Shown here: positions 22,701 to 33,154 of the stretch, piece after piece | Layout: each line of letters opens with the position of its first letter | How positions within the stretch are numbered: position 1 is the stretch's first letter | Virus record (IMG/VR): IMGVR_UViG_3300020029_000569 | Coordinates: 28,207 to 92,206 of that record | From: a virus | Taxonomy: Duplodnaviria > Caudoviricetes | Reading direction: 5' to 3' (one strand) | DNA length: 64,000 nucleotides | Program-made: the position numbers and the translations under genes | Notes under the pieces: model-generated | Database searches by the model: none | What the model saw: only the letters and a program-made list of their open reading frames with translations | Told to the model about the DNA's origin: nothing

Positions 22701-25700
22701 ATTAGACATGATGAAATTAAGCATGGATGATTACCGAAAGGTGTATATGGAAACTCCCGAAACGGATAAATTAGCAAAAGACAAGGCACGTCAAGATTAT
22801 TCAAATTCATTAAGAACTTACGCCTATGCCAAAGAGTATAATAGGCAAGCACAAAAATCTAATGTAGAGGACATTCACGCTGATTACAAAGCACATAACC
22901 GAGCAGTAGCAAACTCGTATCAAAAGTTAGCTGATAATGCAGAAGAAGCAAATAAAAAAACATACCAAAAACAAGCTGACCATTATACTCAATTAGCGGA
23001 CAAAGCAGAATACGGACAGCAAACTCCTATCTATGCTTTTGAAACTAATACAGGTAGAGTATTCATTACAGAAAGCACAGCTAAGACACTCGCAGAAGGT
23101 AGTATTTTAGATAAAAACGATAAGTTTAATGATGCAGTAAAGAATGGAGTAATTACAGGAATACAGGTTATTGATGATAGCGAAACCAATAAAAAACTTA
23201 CTGAAAAATTTGCAGAAGCACAAAAGAAAAAAGCACCACCGATAGCACCAATCATTTCAGAAGAACAAGAAAATCAAATAGATAATTCAAATACCACACA
23301 AGGAATAGGAGTAGTTGAATCTAATGGTAAATTCACTGTTGTTAATCCTAATGGAACTAAAGAAGTATTTGATACAAAAGACGAAGCAGATGCGAGAGCA
23401 TTGGAAATAGCAAACCCTAAAACTGAAAATAAAGCAGTAGAAAATATAATATCTATTGAGGACAGAAAAAGAAAAGATTTATTTCCTGACGAATCAGAAT
23501 TTGCAGATGTTATCGGAGAAAGCGGTAAAAATTCAAATATATCATCATACAGAGAAGTGAACGGTATTGGAATATCTGAATATACTAATCCTGATAACGG
23601 TTTGGTTGATGTAATAATGTCAGGCACATCAGATAACGACTATGTAGGATACGTTAGAATTTATGAAAACGGTAAGCCGACAGAAAGGTGGACTTCTAAA
23701 ATGGAGAACAAGTCAGGCAATAAAGAGAATTTTAAAACTATGATTTCGGAAGTACAAAAATTACTTCCACAAGGGCATGAATATACCGAAAAGACAAACA
23801 TTTCATTAGACGGATTAAGAGTTTATGCCAATCAATTAAACAGAGGATATGAAATTGCTACCGATGAAAATGGAGATGCTATAACAAACAATGTAGAATT
23901 AAATAACGCTACATTAGAGGCATTACAGGGGGCAAAAACAGAAAGCGAAGTAAGTAGTTTATACGACAAAAAAACAGGCATAACTAAAGAAGAATTTGAT
24001 AAAATAAAAGATAAAATAAATTCTCTTATTCCTAATACAAGGGTACTATTCAATTCTTCTAATGGTTCTGTCATAATAAAATTACCTGTACTAAAATCTA
24101 AAACCCAAAATGCTACACAAAACACAGAAATTGCAAGTGCAGAAAGCACAACAACTATTGGACAAAACGAATTGCCCCAAACGGAAGGAACGGTTAATGA
24201 AAATGTTACTGAAACTCAAAAACCTATTTCAGCAACATTAGAAGGTAAACCTATAACCATTGAAAAAACAGAAACGGGTTACACCTACACCACCGCAAAA
24301 GGAATAGTAGAGGAAGTTTCAGAAACAGAACACCAAGAAAATATTGCAGACAACTCATTGGTTATACCAAAAACTACGCCTGATGAAAAAATAGTAAATG
24401 ATAATACATTTACAAGGGATGATATGAAGTCAGTATCTGACGGTACAGGACTAGCCAAGAAAGGTGCTGAGGTAATGACAACTGACAAAGTAGAATCTAA
24501 TTTAAGAGTAGGCGATAAGGTTACATTTTTTGCAGAAAAAGAAAGAAGTGGGGTATGGGATGGAAAATCAATAAAAGACAAAGACGGAAATCCTTGGGGG
24601 GTAATGGGTATTTTAGCAGATACTAATGGATGGATAAGAAATGATACTAAAATTGAAGAATCTAAAAAAGAAGCAGTAGTAAGCAGTACGGATGCTATCG
24701 AAGTACCCACAACCACTGATACGCCTACTGCTGAAACTGCAACCAAAGGAGAACCCGAAAGAATATCACAACCTATTGAATTAGACCCAAACATTACATC
24801 ACCATTAAATACAGAACAAGATGCCATTCAAAAGTCAGAAACAGAGGGCGGCGTGTTACGCACAGAACAACCCAAATTGGAACTGCAAAGCGTGGGAGAA
24901 GGAAACACCCAAGAGCAAACCGCTACCACAGAAAGTGAAGCCAAAAAAGAAACCATAACTCCTATTCAAAGAATAACAGGTAACAAAGATGCAGTAACAT
25001 TAAGTGGGTTAACAGAAAAAGAAAGGCAACAACAAATTGCAGAAAGAGATAACAGTTTAAAACTTTCAAAAGAAAAAGAAGCTGAAAGTAATTTAGCGGG
25101 ACAAGTACGAAGGTTTAATGAAATGCGCAGGAATGATGCCAAAAGACCAAGATTACTTAATGACATTAGAAAAGCATCAACGGAACAAGGATTTGAAGTT
25201 AAGTATGACGGTAAGGGAATTGAGGTATTAAAGAAAACCAAAAAAGGCAAACCGACTAAAATAAACTCTTATTCATCAGAAGTGGGCAGACGTAGCACAA
25301 CTAATGAAAAAGCATTGCATGAAAGAAGTGAAGCGGTACAAGACCTTTATGTGAAATTAATGGATTTGGGTATTGATTTGGATTTAAGAAATTCAGACGA
25401 TAATAGTCGTTTTTCTGAATCACAAATAGAAAGTGCAATAACAGATATTGAAAATGGAATACCAAGCAGACAAGCAAATGAAATATTAAACAAAGTTGAA
25501 GCATTAGCGGAAACGGGTAAATTAGAAGTAGGTGATAAAGTAAGTGGGTATAAGTCAATTCCTATTGATGAATTAATTACAGAAGCAGAAGAATTAAGAA
25601 GCGAAGAACTTTTTAAAGACCTTACAAATGATGAAGTTTTTGAACTTTACTCAAACGAATTACTTGCATCAAACGAAACCGATAACATTATAAACCAAGA

Positions 25701-28700
25701 ATATGAAAGAATTAACAATGAAGGAGCAGTTTCAAGCACTCCCGAAACAAGCACAACAGACAGCAGTACAGCAAATGAAGAAACATCTGATGAAAAAGGA
25801 ACTAACGAAGCGACTTATGAAACAAAAGAAACAGATGTAGTTGAAAGCGCATCCAAAAATATATTTAACGAAACAAAAGAAAGCATCAGCAAAAAAATAA
25901 AATCAGTTCAAGAAAAAATATCAAAAGCGATAAATGATGGGATAAGTAAGTGGGGTTCTAAAAAAGGGTATTACGGGGAGGAATATGGAGATCAAAACGA
26001 AAAAGAAATTAATATCCCTAATTATACTTTTTCCGATAAGAGAAATGTAGAAGGTTCTGAATATAAAGAAGATTTCGATAATTATAGAAAACTAACAACA
26101 GAAGCTCAGAAGTTACATGAGTTATTGGATGCTGTGAATCCAAAATTAGAATCAGAAAGTTCAAAAAACCTAAAGAAAAGGTTAGGTAGTATTGCCTTTA
26201 ATTTTAGTTCTAATTCAGATACGGATAAAATACTTTTATCAAAAGAGGTAGATAATATTCTTAAAGAGTTAGAAAGCAGAGACGAAAATGTTGATGGAGA
26301 AAAACTGTTAAGCGATTATTACAATGCGGATGCAGATGAATCGCAAATTCAACAAATGAAAAATAATTCTGCTGAAATAACAGAGTTGATTAAATCAAAT
26401 ACGCCCACAAAACTGATTGGAATAGTACCAGAAAAAATATCAGAATCATTTGATAAACTTGCTGATAAAATATTAGCATTAAGGTCAAAAGGAGATAGCC
26501 TAAAAACTGATATTACTTTAGGACTTAAAGATGCCGCACTAACAGAAATAGCATCTCTAATAAGAGATATTGGTACAGTCGCAGACAAGGTAGCAGAGGT
26601 GATAAAAGCTATCAATAAAGTACTTTCAAAACCCGAATACAAAGACCTAAATAAAGATGAAATTAGGAATGAAGTTTTATCTGCCATTAATCCTATCAGC
26701 GATGCAAATAAAAAGTACTTAGACGGGGTAATTAAAAATATCGAAGATGGCAAAACTACTCTCGAAGAAGAAATAAAAGACATTCAAGACGACCTACCTA
26801 AAAGGTACGCTGACAAATACATAAAATACCTCAATGATAATTATACACCAAAACAAGAAAATAAAAAAGAAAAAACCGATAACACCAAAACCGAAGCCAA
26901 AGAAACAGAAGTATTAAGCGAAGAAGATAATCAAGCAGGCATAGCACATAGACTGACAGAAGAAACAAGGAAAGAATTAGGATTGCCAGAATATGAAAAA
27001 GAAACGATAACTGATGCCGAATTGGATGGTATGGCTGATGCTGAAATTAAAAACGGGTACAATATTAAAAAGTTAGTTACTAAAATGGCAAAAGGGGTAT
27101 TACCTACTGCCTTAGAACAAACTATAATGAAAAAGTATCTTGCAAGTTTGGAAGCGCAGATAGAAAAAAATCCTACCAATGAATCAATAAACGATTACAA
27201 AACAGCCGTTGAAGCGAGTGATGCAATAGGTTCAGAAATAGGTAGAAGTCTTAGAAGCAGGAGAGGTGGTATCATTAAAGATGATAGTATTGCTGCATAC
27301 TTTTTAACTGAATTGGAATCATCGGGTGTTGACGAATTAACCGAAGCGCAAAAGAACAAAGTACAAAAAGAGTTCAACGATATTCAGGAAGCGAACAGGA
27401 AATTACAAGAAAAAATAGCACAGTTAGAAATTGAAAATGCTAAAATATTGGCAGACAAGGCTATTGCTAAAGAAGCAAAAACAAAGTCTAAAAAAGAAGA
27501 TTTAAAGAAGCAAAAAGAAGATATTAAAGAATCTATCAAGCAGAAACTAAAAGAAGCAAGAAGCCAATTAAGTTCTACCCCTGTACCGTATCTGAATGAA
27601 ATATTAGCAATTACACCTGATGTTGCTAAATTAGTAAAAGTATATGCAGAAGAAGGGATTATCAAATTAGACGAAATTGTAGATAATATCCATGCTATTA
27701 TTAAAGAAAATTCAGACAACATAACTAAAAAAGATATTATAGATATTATAGCGGGTAAATACAATGAAAGAAAACAAACCCGTTCTGATATTGCAAAACA
27801 ACTTTTAGACCTTAGAACACAAGCTAATTTAGTCGGCAAATTAGAAAGTTTAGAAAATGGGATTGAACCTAAAACCGAAACTAAAAAAGTGGAAAGGAAT
27901 AAGGAAATATCTTCTTTGAGAAAAAAAATAAATGAGAATTATCTTACTAAATTATCCTCTGCAAAAAATACTATTCAAAACCAAATTGACAAACTTAGAG
28001 AAGATTTAAGCACAGGAAACTTTTTAGATAAACAAGAAAACCAAGAACTTAAATTAGACAAAGAAGCTATTGCATTAAAAGACGAATTGATTAAGTTGAA
28101 GAAAGAAAGAGATATTAGACTTTTAAGGCAACAATATCAAAACAGGTCATTAAAGCAGAAAGCAGTTGATTCTTTTTTGGAGATAATTAATGTGCCAAGA
28201 ACAATAATGAGTTCAATGGATTTTTCAGCCCCTTTAAGACAGGGGTTAATTGCAAGCATATCCCACCCCACAGTTGCATTTAAAGCATTTGGGGAAATGT
28301 TCAGGCAAGCGGTTTCTCAAAAAAGATTTGACAGGTGGTTTAATGATATTCGAGAAAGCGAGTTATTTGAAATAATGGAGAAAAGTGGTTTGTATGTAGC
28401 TGCCCCTCACGACCTTAGATTATCTGCCAAAGAAGAACAGTTTATGAATAATCTTGCAGAAAAAATACCGTTCATTGGGGGTGCAGTAAGAATACCTCAA
28501 TCAGTACCATTAATAGGGGGTAAGAAAATTGGAGGATTAATAAAAGGCAGTGAACGTGCGTATGTATCTTACTTAAATAAAATGAGAGTAGATTTATTTA
28601 CACAAGGCGCACAGGTATTAGAATCAATGGGTAAGACTTATGATAATAGTCCTAAAGAATATGAAGGTCTTGCAAGTTTTGTAAATAACTCAACAGGTCG

Positions 28701-29412
28701 TGGTAAATTAGGTGCTATTGAATCCGCAGCACCAATATTAAATTCAGTATTCTTTTCTCCAAGATTAATTGCATCGAGGCTTAACTTATTAAATCCCTTG
28801 TACTATGCTCAATTACCACCATACGCCCGTAAAATGGCATTAAAAGATATGACTAAATTTATAACTTTTGGTGTTACATTATTGGCTTTAATAAAACAAA
28901 CGTGGGGGTGTCCTGATGATTGCCCCGAATGTACAGATTGCGCCAATATCGAATTAGACCCAAGAAGTACTGATTTTGGCAAAATACGAGTAGGTAATAC
29001 AAGGTATGATGCATGGGGTGGCTTTCAACAGTACGCAAGGATAATAGCGCAAATGATAACGGGGGAAGCAAAATCTTCAACAACGGGTAACGTCAGAAAA
29101 ATAGATGGTGAAGGTTTGTTTGGCAAGGATAGAGCCGATGTTTTAGGATCATTTTTTAGGGGTAAATTAGCACCTGTTCCTGCATCTATTTTAGATATTG
29201 TATCGGGTAGGAATATTATTGGAGAAAAAGTAGATGCAAAAATGATAGCAGAAAGAACCCTATTACCTCTAATATACAGTGATGTTAAAGAAGCAGTAAA
29301 TGAGCAAGGAATTAAAGCATTAGCAACAGTAGGATTGCCCGCAGCATTTGGTATCGGGGTAAATACATATACTCCAAAAAAATCAAAATACGATAAAGAA
29401 GAAACTAAATGA
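19720..29412 (+). CDS. Giant internal virion/polyvalent-type protein
   Basis: 3230 aa; helical/coiled-coil; N-terminal duplicated ~30-aa motif; C-terminal DPRSTDFGKIRVGNTRYDAWGG domain. Confidence 0.65.
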   Translation: MPIKKTYQLGNEKFDIPVEETQAFLADNPDAVELSSFVVGKDTFDIPLPEVESFLADNPDAKETFGAVKKKETPILSPNKPKAEYPIASGLSSGSIPQSPTQSTPTVQSNGQSQKSSFWKDAITATKENIAQQGKVNRPIKEDIFTQNISGVKSPIEVASKPQKKAIKVNLNEQQQKEEDYKQSLRDKINSGIPLDIEETKYVKKAFGKIAPQIGSLSVAEINQGLFDANKKNTQQRRDELLKEHEFADVNNRIKNGEVSKEDLQIAQDNGLIPPFLKSEQAEQLRVNWNADIKNAHAEIDNALSNNISSIVQNQQTENDRIDALKAGIRSENYYRKEDTPQRIAHIKDMENELFQLETKRKREDDYLNSLVDNTIKESQRDIMMMGGFEFDKDNRGLLTEKGRAEVAKAVEDYVAKQPASKQFLLNYKNIRKESSLKYLVSPLISSQFKTSDVTKGNAYLEEVVARTAEILPKYFKNYYKSVDEISKDLPKEAKGLVKQVAGIEGGTFDNNFRPKLLNEQEKVAAVNTLKFMEMKGDVDSQNAKFEQVVNTPQVKSVLGQELTDLENKYNNKEINGATFKNERLKLLYLNPQTKSLAEQYIQSVTNAQNKYEKDVNDYLKSIQPDFAKYTKIDNKGNIVSIAGMKPEKFASVMTELQSAKQVSEINATKEVIQDREQRGNEAMGEPTDMKIIQQGFTSGLNNMYTARAKWLYDQTGIDFFNDARIGGEMVLNTANQPNESTFAKDNFTLEAGDWMGALNPAYILHTASSSAPYMMEAMGTGIGIGGIAKNVLLEAGLGEGVALSRSGRLIQKSLAGASGGSQDAFSTMVSNYNDLVKEGFSVKDADRISKEAFVKEVVPDMLFSGIGMEGLFRATAKPTLKNVLKRTATTFLEQIPEGAQEAIQGYALEDAKGTKENIFNYALEDKDGFNNLMGGFSGGLGSGTVVSAVGLAKDTYGWNKLYNISTSDMQDAVRYSAVANMVNNPSDIKSQSALDMMKLSMDDYRKVYMETPETDKLAKDKARQDYSNSLRTYAYAKEYNRQAQKSNVEDIHADYKAHNRAVANSYQKLADNAEEANKKTYQKQADHYTQLADKAEYGQQTPIYAFETNTGRVFITESTAKTLAEGSILDKNDKFNDAVKNGVITGIQVIDDSETNKKLTEKFAEAQKKKAPPIAPIISEEQENQIDNSNTTQGIGVVESNGKFTVVNPNGTKEVFDTKDEADARALEIANPKTENKAVENIISIEDRKRKDLFPDESEFADVIGESGKNSNISSYREVNGIGISEYTNPDNGLVDVIMSGTSDNDYVGYVRIYENGKPTERWTSKMENKSGNKENFKTMISEVQKLLPQGHEYTEKTNISLDGLRVYANQLNRGYEIATDENGDAITNNVELNNATLEALQGAKTESEVSSLYDKKTGITKEEFDKIKDKINSLIPNTRVLFNSSNGSVIIKLPVLKSKTQNATQNTEIASAESTTTIGQNELPQTEGTVNENVTETQKPISATLEGKPITIEKTETGYTYTTAKGIVEEVSETEHQENIADNSLVIPKTTPDEKIVNDNTFTRDDMKSVSDGTGLAKKGAEVMTTDKVESNLRVGDKVTFFAEKERSGVWDGKSIKDKDGNPWGVMGILADTNGWIRNDTKIEESKKEAVVSSTDAIEVPTTTDTPTAETATKGEPERISQPIELDPNITSPLNTEQDAIQKSETEGGVLRTEQPKLELQSVGEGNTQEQTATTESEAKKETITPIQRITGNKDAVTLSGLTEKERQQQIAERDNSLKLSKEKEAESNLAGQVRRFNEMRRNDAKRPRLLNDIRKASTEQGFEVKYDGKGIEVLKKTKKGKPTKINSYSSEVGRRSTTNEKALHERSEAVQDLYVKLMDLGIDLDLRNSDDNSRFSESQIESAITDIENGIPSRQANEILNKVEALAETGKLEVGDKVSGYKSIPIDELITEAEELRSEELFKDLTNDEVFELYSNELLASNETDNIINQEYERINNEGAVSSTPETSTTDSSTANEETSDEKGTNEATYETKETDVVESASKNIFNETKESISKKIKSVQEKISKAINDGISKWGSKKGYYGEEYGDQNEKEINIPNYTFSDKRNVEGSEYKEDFDNYRKLTTEAQKLHELLDAVNPKLESESSKNLKKRLGSIAFNFSSNSDTDKILLSKEVDNILKELESRDENVDGEKLLSDYYNADADESQIQQMKNNSAEITELIKSNTPTKLIGIVPEKISESFDKLADKILALRSKGDSLKTDITLGLKDAALTEIASLIRDIGTVADKVAEVIKAINKVLSKPEYKDLNKDEIRNEVLSAINPISDANKKYLDGVIKNIEDGKTTLEEEIKDIQDDLPKRYADKYIKYLNDNYTPKQENKKEKTDNTKTEAKETEVLSEEDNQAGIAHRLTEETRKELGLPEYEKETITDAELDGMADAEIKNGYNIKKLVTKMAKGVLPTALEQTIMKKYLASLEAQIEKNPTNESINDYKTAVEASDAIGSEIGRSLRSRRGGIIKDDSIAAYFLTELESSGVDELTEAQKNKVQKEFNDIQEANRKLQEKIAQLEIENAKILADKAIAKEAKTKSKKEDLKKQKEDIKESIKQKLKEARSQLSSTPVPYLNEILAITPDVAKLVKVYAEEGIIKLDEIVDNIHAIIKENSDNITKKDIIDIIAGKYNERKQTRSDIAKQLLDLRTQANLVGKLESLENGIEPKTETKKVERNKEISSLRKKINENYLTKLSSAKNTIQNQIDKLREDLSTGNFLDKQENQELKLDKEAIALKDELIKLKKERDIRLLRQQYQNRSLKQKAVDSFLEIINVPRTIMSSMDFSAPLRQGLIASISHPTVAFKAFGEMFRQAVSQKRFDRWFNDIRESELFEIMEKSGLYVAAPHDLRLSAKEEQFMNNLAEKIPFIGGAVRIPQSVPLIGGKKIGGLIKGSERAYVSYLNKMRVDLFTQGAQVLESMGKTYDNSPKEYEGLASFVNNSTGRGKLGAIESAAPILNSVFFSPRLIASRLNLLNPLYYAQLPPYARKMALKDMTKFITFGVTLLALIKQTWGCPDDCPECTDCANIELDPRSTDFGKIRVGNTRYDAWGGFQQYARIIAQMITGEAKSSTTGNVRKIDGEGLFGKDRADVLGSFFRGKLAPVPASILDIVSGRNIIGEKVDAKMIAERTLLPLIYSDVKEAVNEQGIKALATVGLPAAFGIGVNTYTPKKSKYDKEETK

Positions 29413-29618
29413 TTATAGATACGCCATATAATTTCGGGGATATAGTTTTCTTAAAAACAGACATTGAGCAAAACGAAAGAATGATAACTAAGTTCTCTAT
29501 TGAAAGTCCTACACTAATACAATACGAACTTAGTTTTGGTGCTTTTGTTTCATGGCATAATGAGTACGAATTTGAAAGAGAATTAAGCCTATCTAAGAAA
29601 TTTGGCAGTTCTGATTAA
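29409..29618 (+). CDS. Small hypothetical protein
   Basis: 69 aa; ATGA overlap with the upstream gene; YNFGDIVFLK start. Confidence 0.6.
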   Translation: MIIDTPYNFGDIVFLKTDIEQNERMITKFSIESPTLIQYELSFGAFVSWHNEYEFERELSLSKKFGSSD

Positions 29619-32041
29619 TAAGTTTCCATTTCCTTTTTAGCTTGTTCTTGCTGAATGTTCAGTTCTGTTTTTTGCTGATTTTCCTGTAAACGATTTTGAT
29701 TAGTTTTATCCTTAACCTCAATTTGTCCTTGTGTTTTTAATTGAGTTTCTAAGGCTAATATCCTTGCTTCTAATGCAGCATCTTCTTGTTTTTGTTGGGA
29801 TGCAATTTGTATCGCTTGCGCTTGTGCTGCTTGTTGTTGCTGACCTTGTATTTCCATTGCACGTTTGGCATTCTCGATATTTATCCTTTCTTGTTTTCGG
29901 ATAGACATAGTAACAAACGCTTTTGCAAGTTTGAAGTTTGGAATATCTTGCGCTTGCAAGGTAGTTCCTTTTGGTACTACTCTTGTCGCTTCATACTGAA
30001 CACATAACGCCATTAGTTGTATTCTCTCTTGCGTGGAGGGTGCGTTTTGAATTTGCAGGGTACATCTTTGAATAGGCATATCTTTATACACTTCTAACCA
30101 CACAGTACCTTTAGTTCCTATGAGTGCTTTCATTTCTTCTGCACGTTCTGTTTCGGGTTCTCCGTTCTTATTAAATTCAGTAATCACTTGCTGATTATAG
30201 TACAGCATTCTTTGTCCGAATTGTTTAAGGGCAAACGTATATGCTTCTTCAATACTTGCTGTACTGTAATCACTTGTTTGGTTTGCTAATTCAGTACCTT
30301 TTTGTGTTTGTCGCGGTTTTGGGTCTTGACCTAATCTACTTGCAGGTACGCCTAATGCCATAAGCATTGTATTATACACACTAAACATTTCCTGCATTAA
30401 ACCTTGCAAATTAAGAAGGATTTTATTTTCCATTATAAACGTAGGTCTATCCAACCTTTGTTCGTCATTATCTCCTGACCTTAATTTGAATACACCTCTA
30501 CCTGTAAGTACATAGTTTCGGATAATCTTTTCAGTAATGCCCTGTAAACTTAGACTTGTAATATCATGCCCTTGTTCTCTCATTAAATCTTCTTCTTCTG
30601 CTTTGATTTCTTCTGCAAGTTCACGGATAGTTTCTTCTGCAAATGCTACACCCTCTGGGATAAAGTTTGCAAGTGTATTAAGATATTGATTATACAAAAT
30701 GTTCAACCTTAAAAAGTCCCCTTGTTGAGCATCATAGAAACTTTGACGCTGCATATCCTTGTAGATAATAAGACTGAAATCTGCATTTTGAAGATTAGTG
30801 CCGTGCCTGTACATATCCTGCAAGTCCCCTAAGTCAAAGATAAAACTTTCTTCATTATCAACTTTAAATCCACTAATTAAAGGGAGGTAGTAGAACTTTT
30901 TAATTGTATCGTAGTACTTATCTGTTTTTTCATCATAGACGTGCTTTTTAACTTCAAAGTATCCTAATTGAATATAAGTATTCATTAAAGCGTAATTGTA
31001 AGCATACCAATTATTGTACATCCCATTAGGGGTAAATGTATTTTGGAATTGGTAGGCAACGGGGAACTCACTTCTTGTATTGTAATACATATTTCTATTT
31101 GTTTCATAGACAAGTTTGCAAGTTTCGGGACTTAATTTGCCGCCTACCATTTGCATAAAAGTTGACCATGTAACGGTTTGAACATAGTACCAATAATCCA
31201 TATCAGCACCATTACGTCTGTAAAAGTTTGAAGTATAGATAGCAGCAGGGTCAATGTATTGAACCATAGGTAATCCCGTGACTACACTTGTGTAAAAACG
31301 ATAAGTCAAAGCATTAACTTTCATAAAGTCGCTTATGATTAAGGGACTTACATTAGTAAGGAAATCTGAACTATTAAGGTAGAACGATATAAGTTCCTCA
31401 TGTGAAATTTCCACACCGTCCTTTAGCATATCTGCTTCATTCAGCAAGTTAAAATCCATATCGTCAACTGCTTCATTTTTAATGCTGTCAATCAGACTAA
31501 GGGATTCATTTGCTATTTCATTTCCTTCTTCATCTATTTCGAGGTTGGTATCTTCATCATACGGTGCTTCATTAGTCATTTTTTTTATGTAGTTGACTAC
31601 TTCTAATAATGCCCGTCTTGTTTTGATTTTAAGTTTTTGCTTTTCTTTTTTGGAAACGGATAGTTTATCACTACCACTCCCTACTTTTAATTCAATAGGC
31701 ATTCCCTCAATATTCTTTTGGATAATCATATTGACTGCATGAACTAATGGGGAAATCCTCCAATCAGTACGCATAAGGTCTGCCTTTTGAGATATTGGAA
31801 CATTCTCATTAGGTTCAAAATATCTTTTCATTTCCGCTTCATCCCCAATTCCTAAATCAATGCCACGATATTTTGCTAAAGGCTGTGCAAATGGACTTGA
31901 ATTAGTATAGATATACGCCCAACTAAGGAACTGTGCCGCCCACCTTTCATCTACTTCCATGTAAGCATCAGCGATAATATTTTGTGGGTTTATTGATGGA
32001 TTACTCGAAGAACTGTTATTTTCTGAGGATTTTTTTGCCAT
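29615..32041 (-). CDS. Portal protein (crAss-like size)
   Basis: About 808 aa from the likely ATG at 32041; Q-rich coiled-coil C-terminus; LGVPASRLGQ segment typical of P22-like portals. Confidence 0.65.
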   Translation of the reverse strand: MAKKSSENNSSSSNPSINPQNIIADAYMEVDERWAAQFLSWAYIYTNSSPFAQPLAKYRGIDLGIGDEAEMKRYFEPNENVPISQKADLMRTDWRISPLVHAVNMIIQKNIEGMPIELKVGSGSDKLSVSKKEKQKLKIKTRRALLEVVNYIKKMTNEAPYDEDTNLEIDEEGNEIANESLSLIDSIKNEAVDDMDFNLLNEADMLKDGVEISHEELISFYLNSSDFLTNVSPLIISDFMKVNALTYRFYTSVVTGLPMVQYIDPAAIYTSNFYRRNGADMDYWYYVQTVTWSTFMQMVGGKLSPETCKLVYETNRNMYYNTRSEFPVAYQFQNTFTPNGMYNNWYAYNYALMNTYIQLGYFEVKKHVYDEKTDKYYDTIKKFYYLPLISGFKVDNEESFIFDLGDLQDMYRHGTNLQNADFSLIIYKDMQRQSFYDAQQGDFLRLNILYNQYLNTLANFIPEGVAFAEETIRELAEEIKAEEEDLMREQGHDITSLSLQGITEKIIRNYVLTGRGVFKLRSGDNDEQRLDRPTFIMENKILLNLQGLMQEMFSVYNTMLMALGVPASRLGQDPKPRQTQKGTELANQTSDYSTASIEEAYTFALKQFGQRMLYYNQQVITEFNKNGEPETERAEEMKALIGTKGTVWLEVYKDMPIQRCTLQIQNAPSTQERIQLMALCVQYEATRVVPKGTTLQAQDIPNFKLAKAFVTMSIRKQERINIENAKRAMEIQGQQQQAAQAQAIQIASQQKQEDAALEARILALETQLKTQGQIEVKDKTNQNRLQENQQKTELNIQQEQAKKEMETY

Positions 32042-32087
32042 AAAAAAAATATTTATGTAAAAATAGCATTTTTCTGTAAATTTGTGC

Positions 32088-33086
32088 ATGATAATTTCAA
32101 TACCATACAGTTACATTAATGGCATACCCGTTGGGGATTGCGGAGTACAAAACCTAACTATTGACCTTACGGGATACCCGTTATGTACTGATAAGTATTT
32201 TGAATTAAGGATAGTATCAATTTCAACGGTTGACGGTCAAACAATTACCACCTTTAATTATCAGCAAAACACATACGGTACAACTACCTTATCCCCTACC
32301 GAATTGATACTACTATTATCTACTGCATTTATATGCCCACCTTCTTATGGATGTTTAGGACAAGAAGCGTCTTTTGATTGGGAACTTACGCCTATTCAAG
32401 CAGATAAATGGATCAGCGATAGCATTGTAAATGCAGTATCCCCTTCAAATGTAGTCTATTCGTTTAGTGATATTACAGTAAATGGGATTGCCTATACCCC
32501 ACTACCTCATGTATTTTGGACTGATGCAGTAGATGGGAATGCAAGTAGTCATGTTTTTGATTACATAGAAGAAATAATAGCGTATATAGTAAGTTTGAAC
32601 ATACCCGAATATGTAGGTGCTATCAACTATGCAAGCAATGGAATGTCGGATAACTTAGACGGTACAGGACTTTTAGAACTTTATTTTGAAACAGGAACTA
32701 CCGTGTCAATTGATATTACCGCCCCTTCACCCGTTATTGCAGGTACATTTACAGGCGGCACAGCAACAACGGTAATGCTATCATTGGAAATTACAGATAC
32801 AAGCACAATGGCAACAGGCGATATACTTACACAAACTAATTACCAAGTCACAGACGGAGTTAATTTAATAGGAAGTACTACCACTCCCGTTGCTACTGTA
32901 CTGCCTTATAATATTTTTTGCGGTGGGTGTGGACTTAACAAAAACCAAAGTTGGGTAATTACAGAAACGATAGTAACACAAAACGTATGCGCCCGAAATA
33001 ATGTAGCCACAGGGTACATTGAATCAGATGAAATAATAGATGCTATCAACAACGTAATTACTAAAACGGGTAGTTCGATAGGGTAG
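32088..33086 (+). CDS. Cys/Thr-rich beta-structured virion protein
   Basis: About 332 aa; TAAATTTG box at 32077-32084. Confidence 0.5.
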   Translation: MIISIPYSYINGIPVGDCGVQNLTIDLTGYPLCTDKYFELRIVSISTVDGQTITTFNYQQNTYGTTTLSPTELILLLSTAFICPPSYGCLGQEASFDWELTPIQADKWISDSIVNAVSPSNVVYSFSDITVNGIAYTPLPHVFWTDAVDGNASSHVFDYIEEIIAYIVSLNIPEYVGAINYASNGMSDNLDGTGLLELYFETGTTVSIDITAPSPVIAGTFTGGTATTVMLSLEITDTSTMATGDILTQTNYQVTDGVNLIGSTTTPVATVLPYNIFCGGCGLNKNQSWVITETIVTQNVCARNNVATGYIESDEIIDAINNVITKTGSSIG

Positions 33087-33154
33087 GCATTTCAAATATT
33101 TTTTTTAGTGATTAAATTATAATTTATCTTTATGCCTTAAAATTCAGTTTCCCA

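Noticed and set aside
933-29083. Many short antisense and alternate-frame ORFs overlapping the structural genes (e.g. 933..1370, 24285..24827, 27384..27839)
   Set aside because: Shadow ORFs of long A-rich coding sequences; Ser/Phe/Leu-rich, with no start context.
19720-29412. Virion RNA polymerase call
   Set aside because: No DxDxD catalytic motif seen by eye; left as an internal/polyvalent-type protein.
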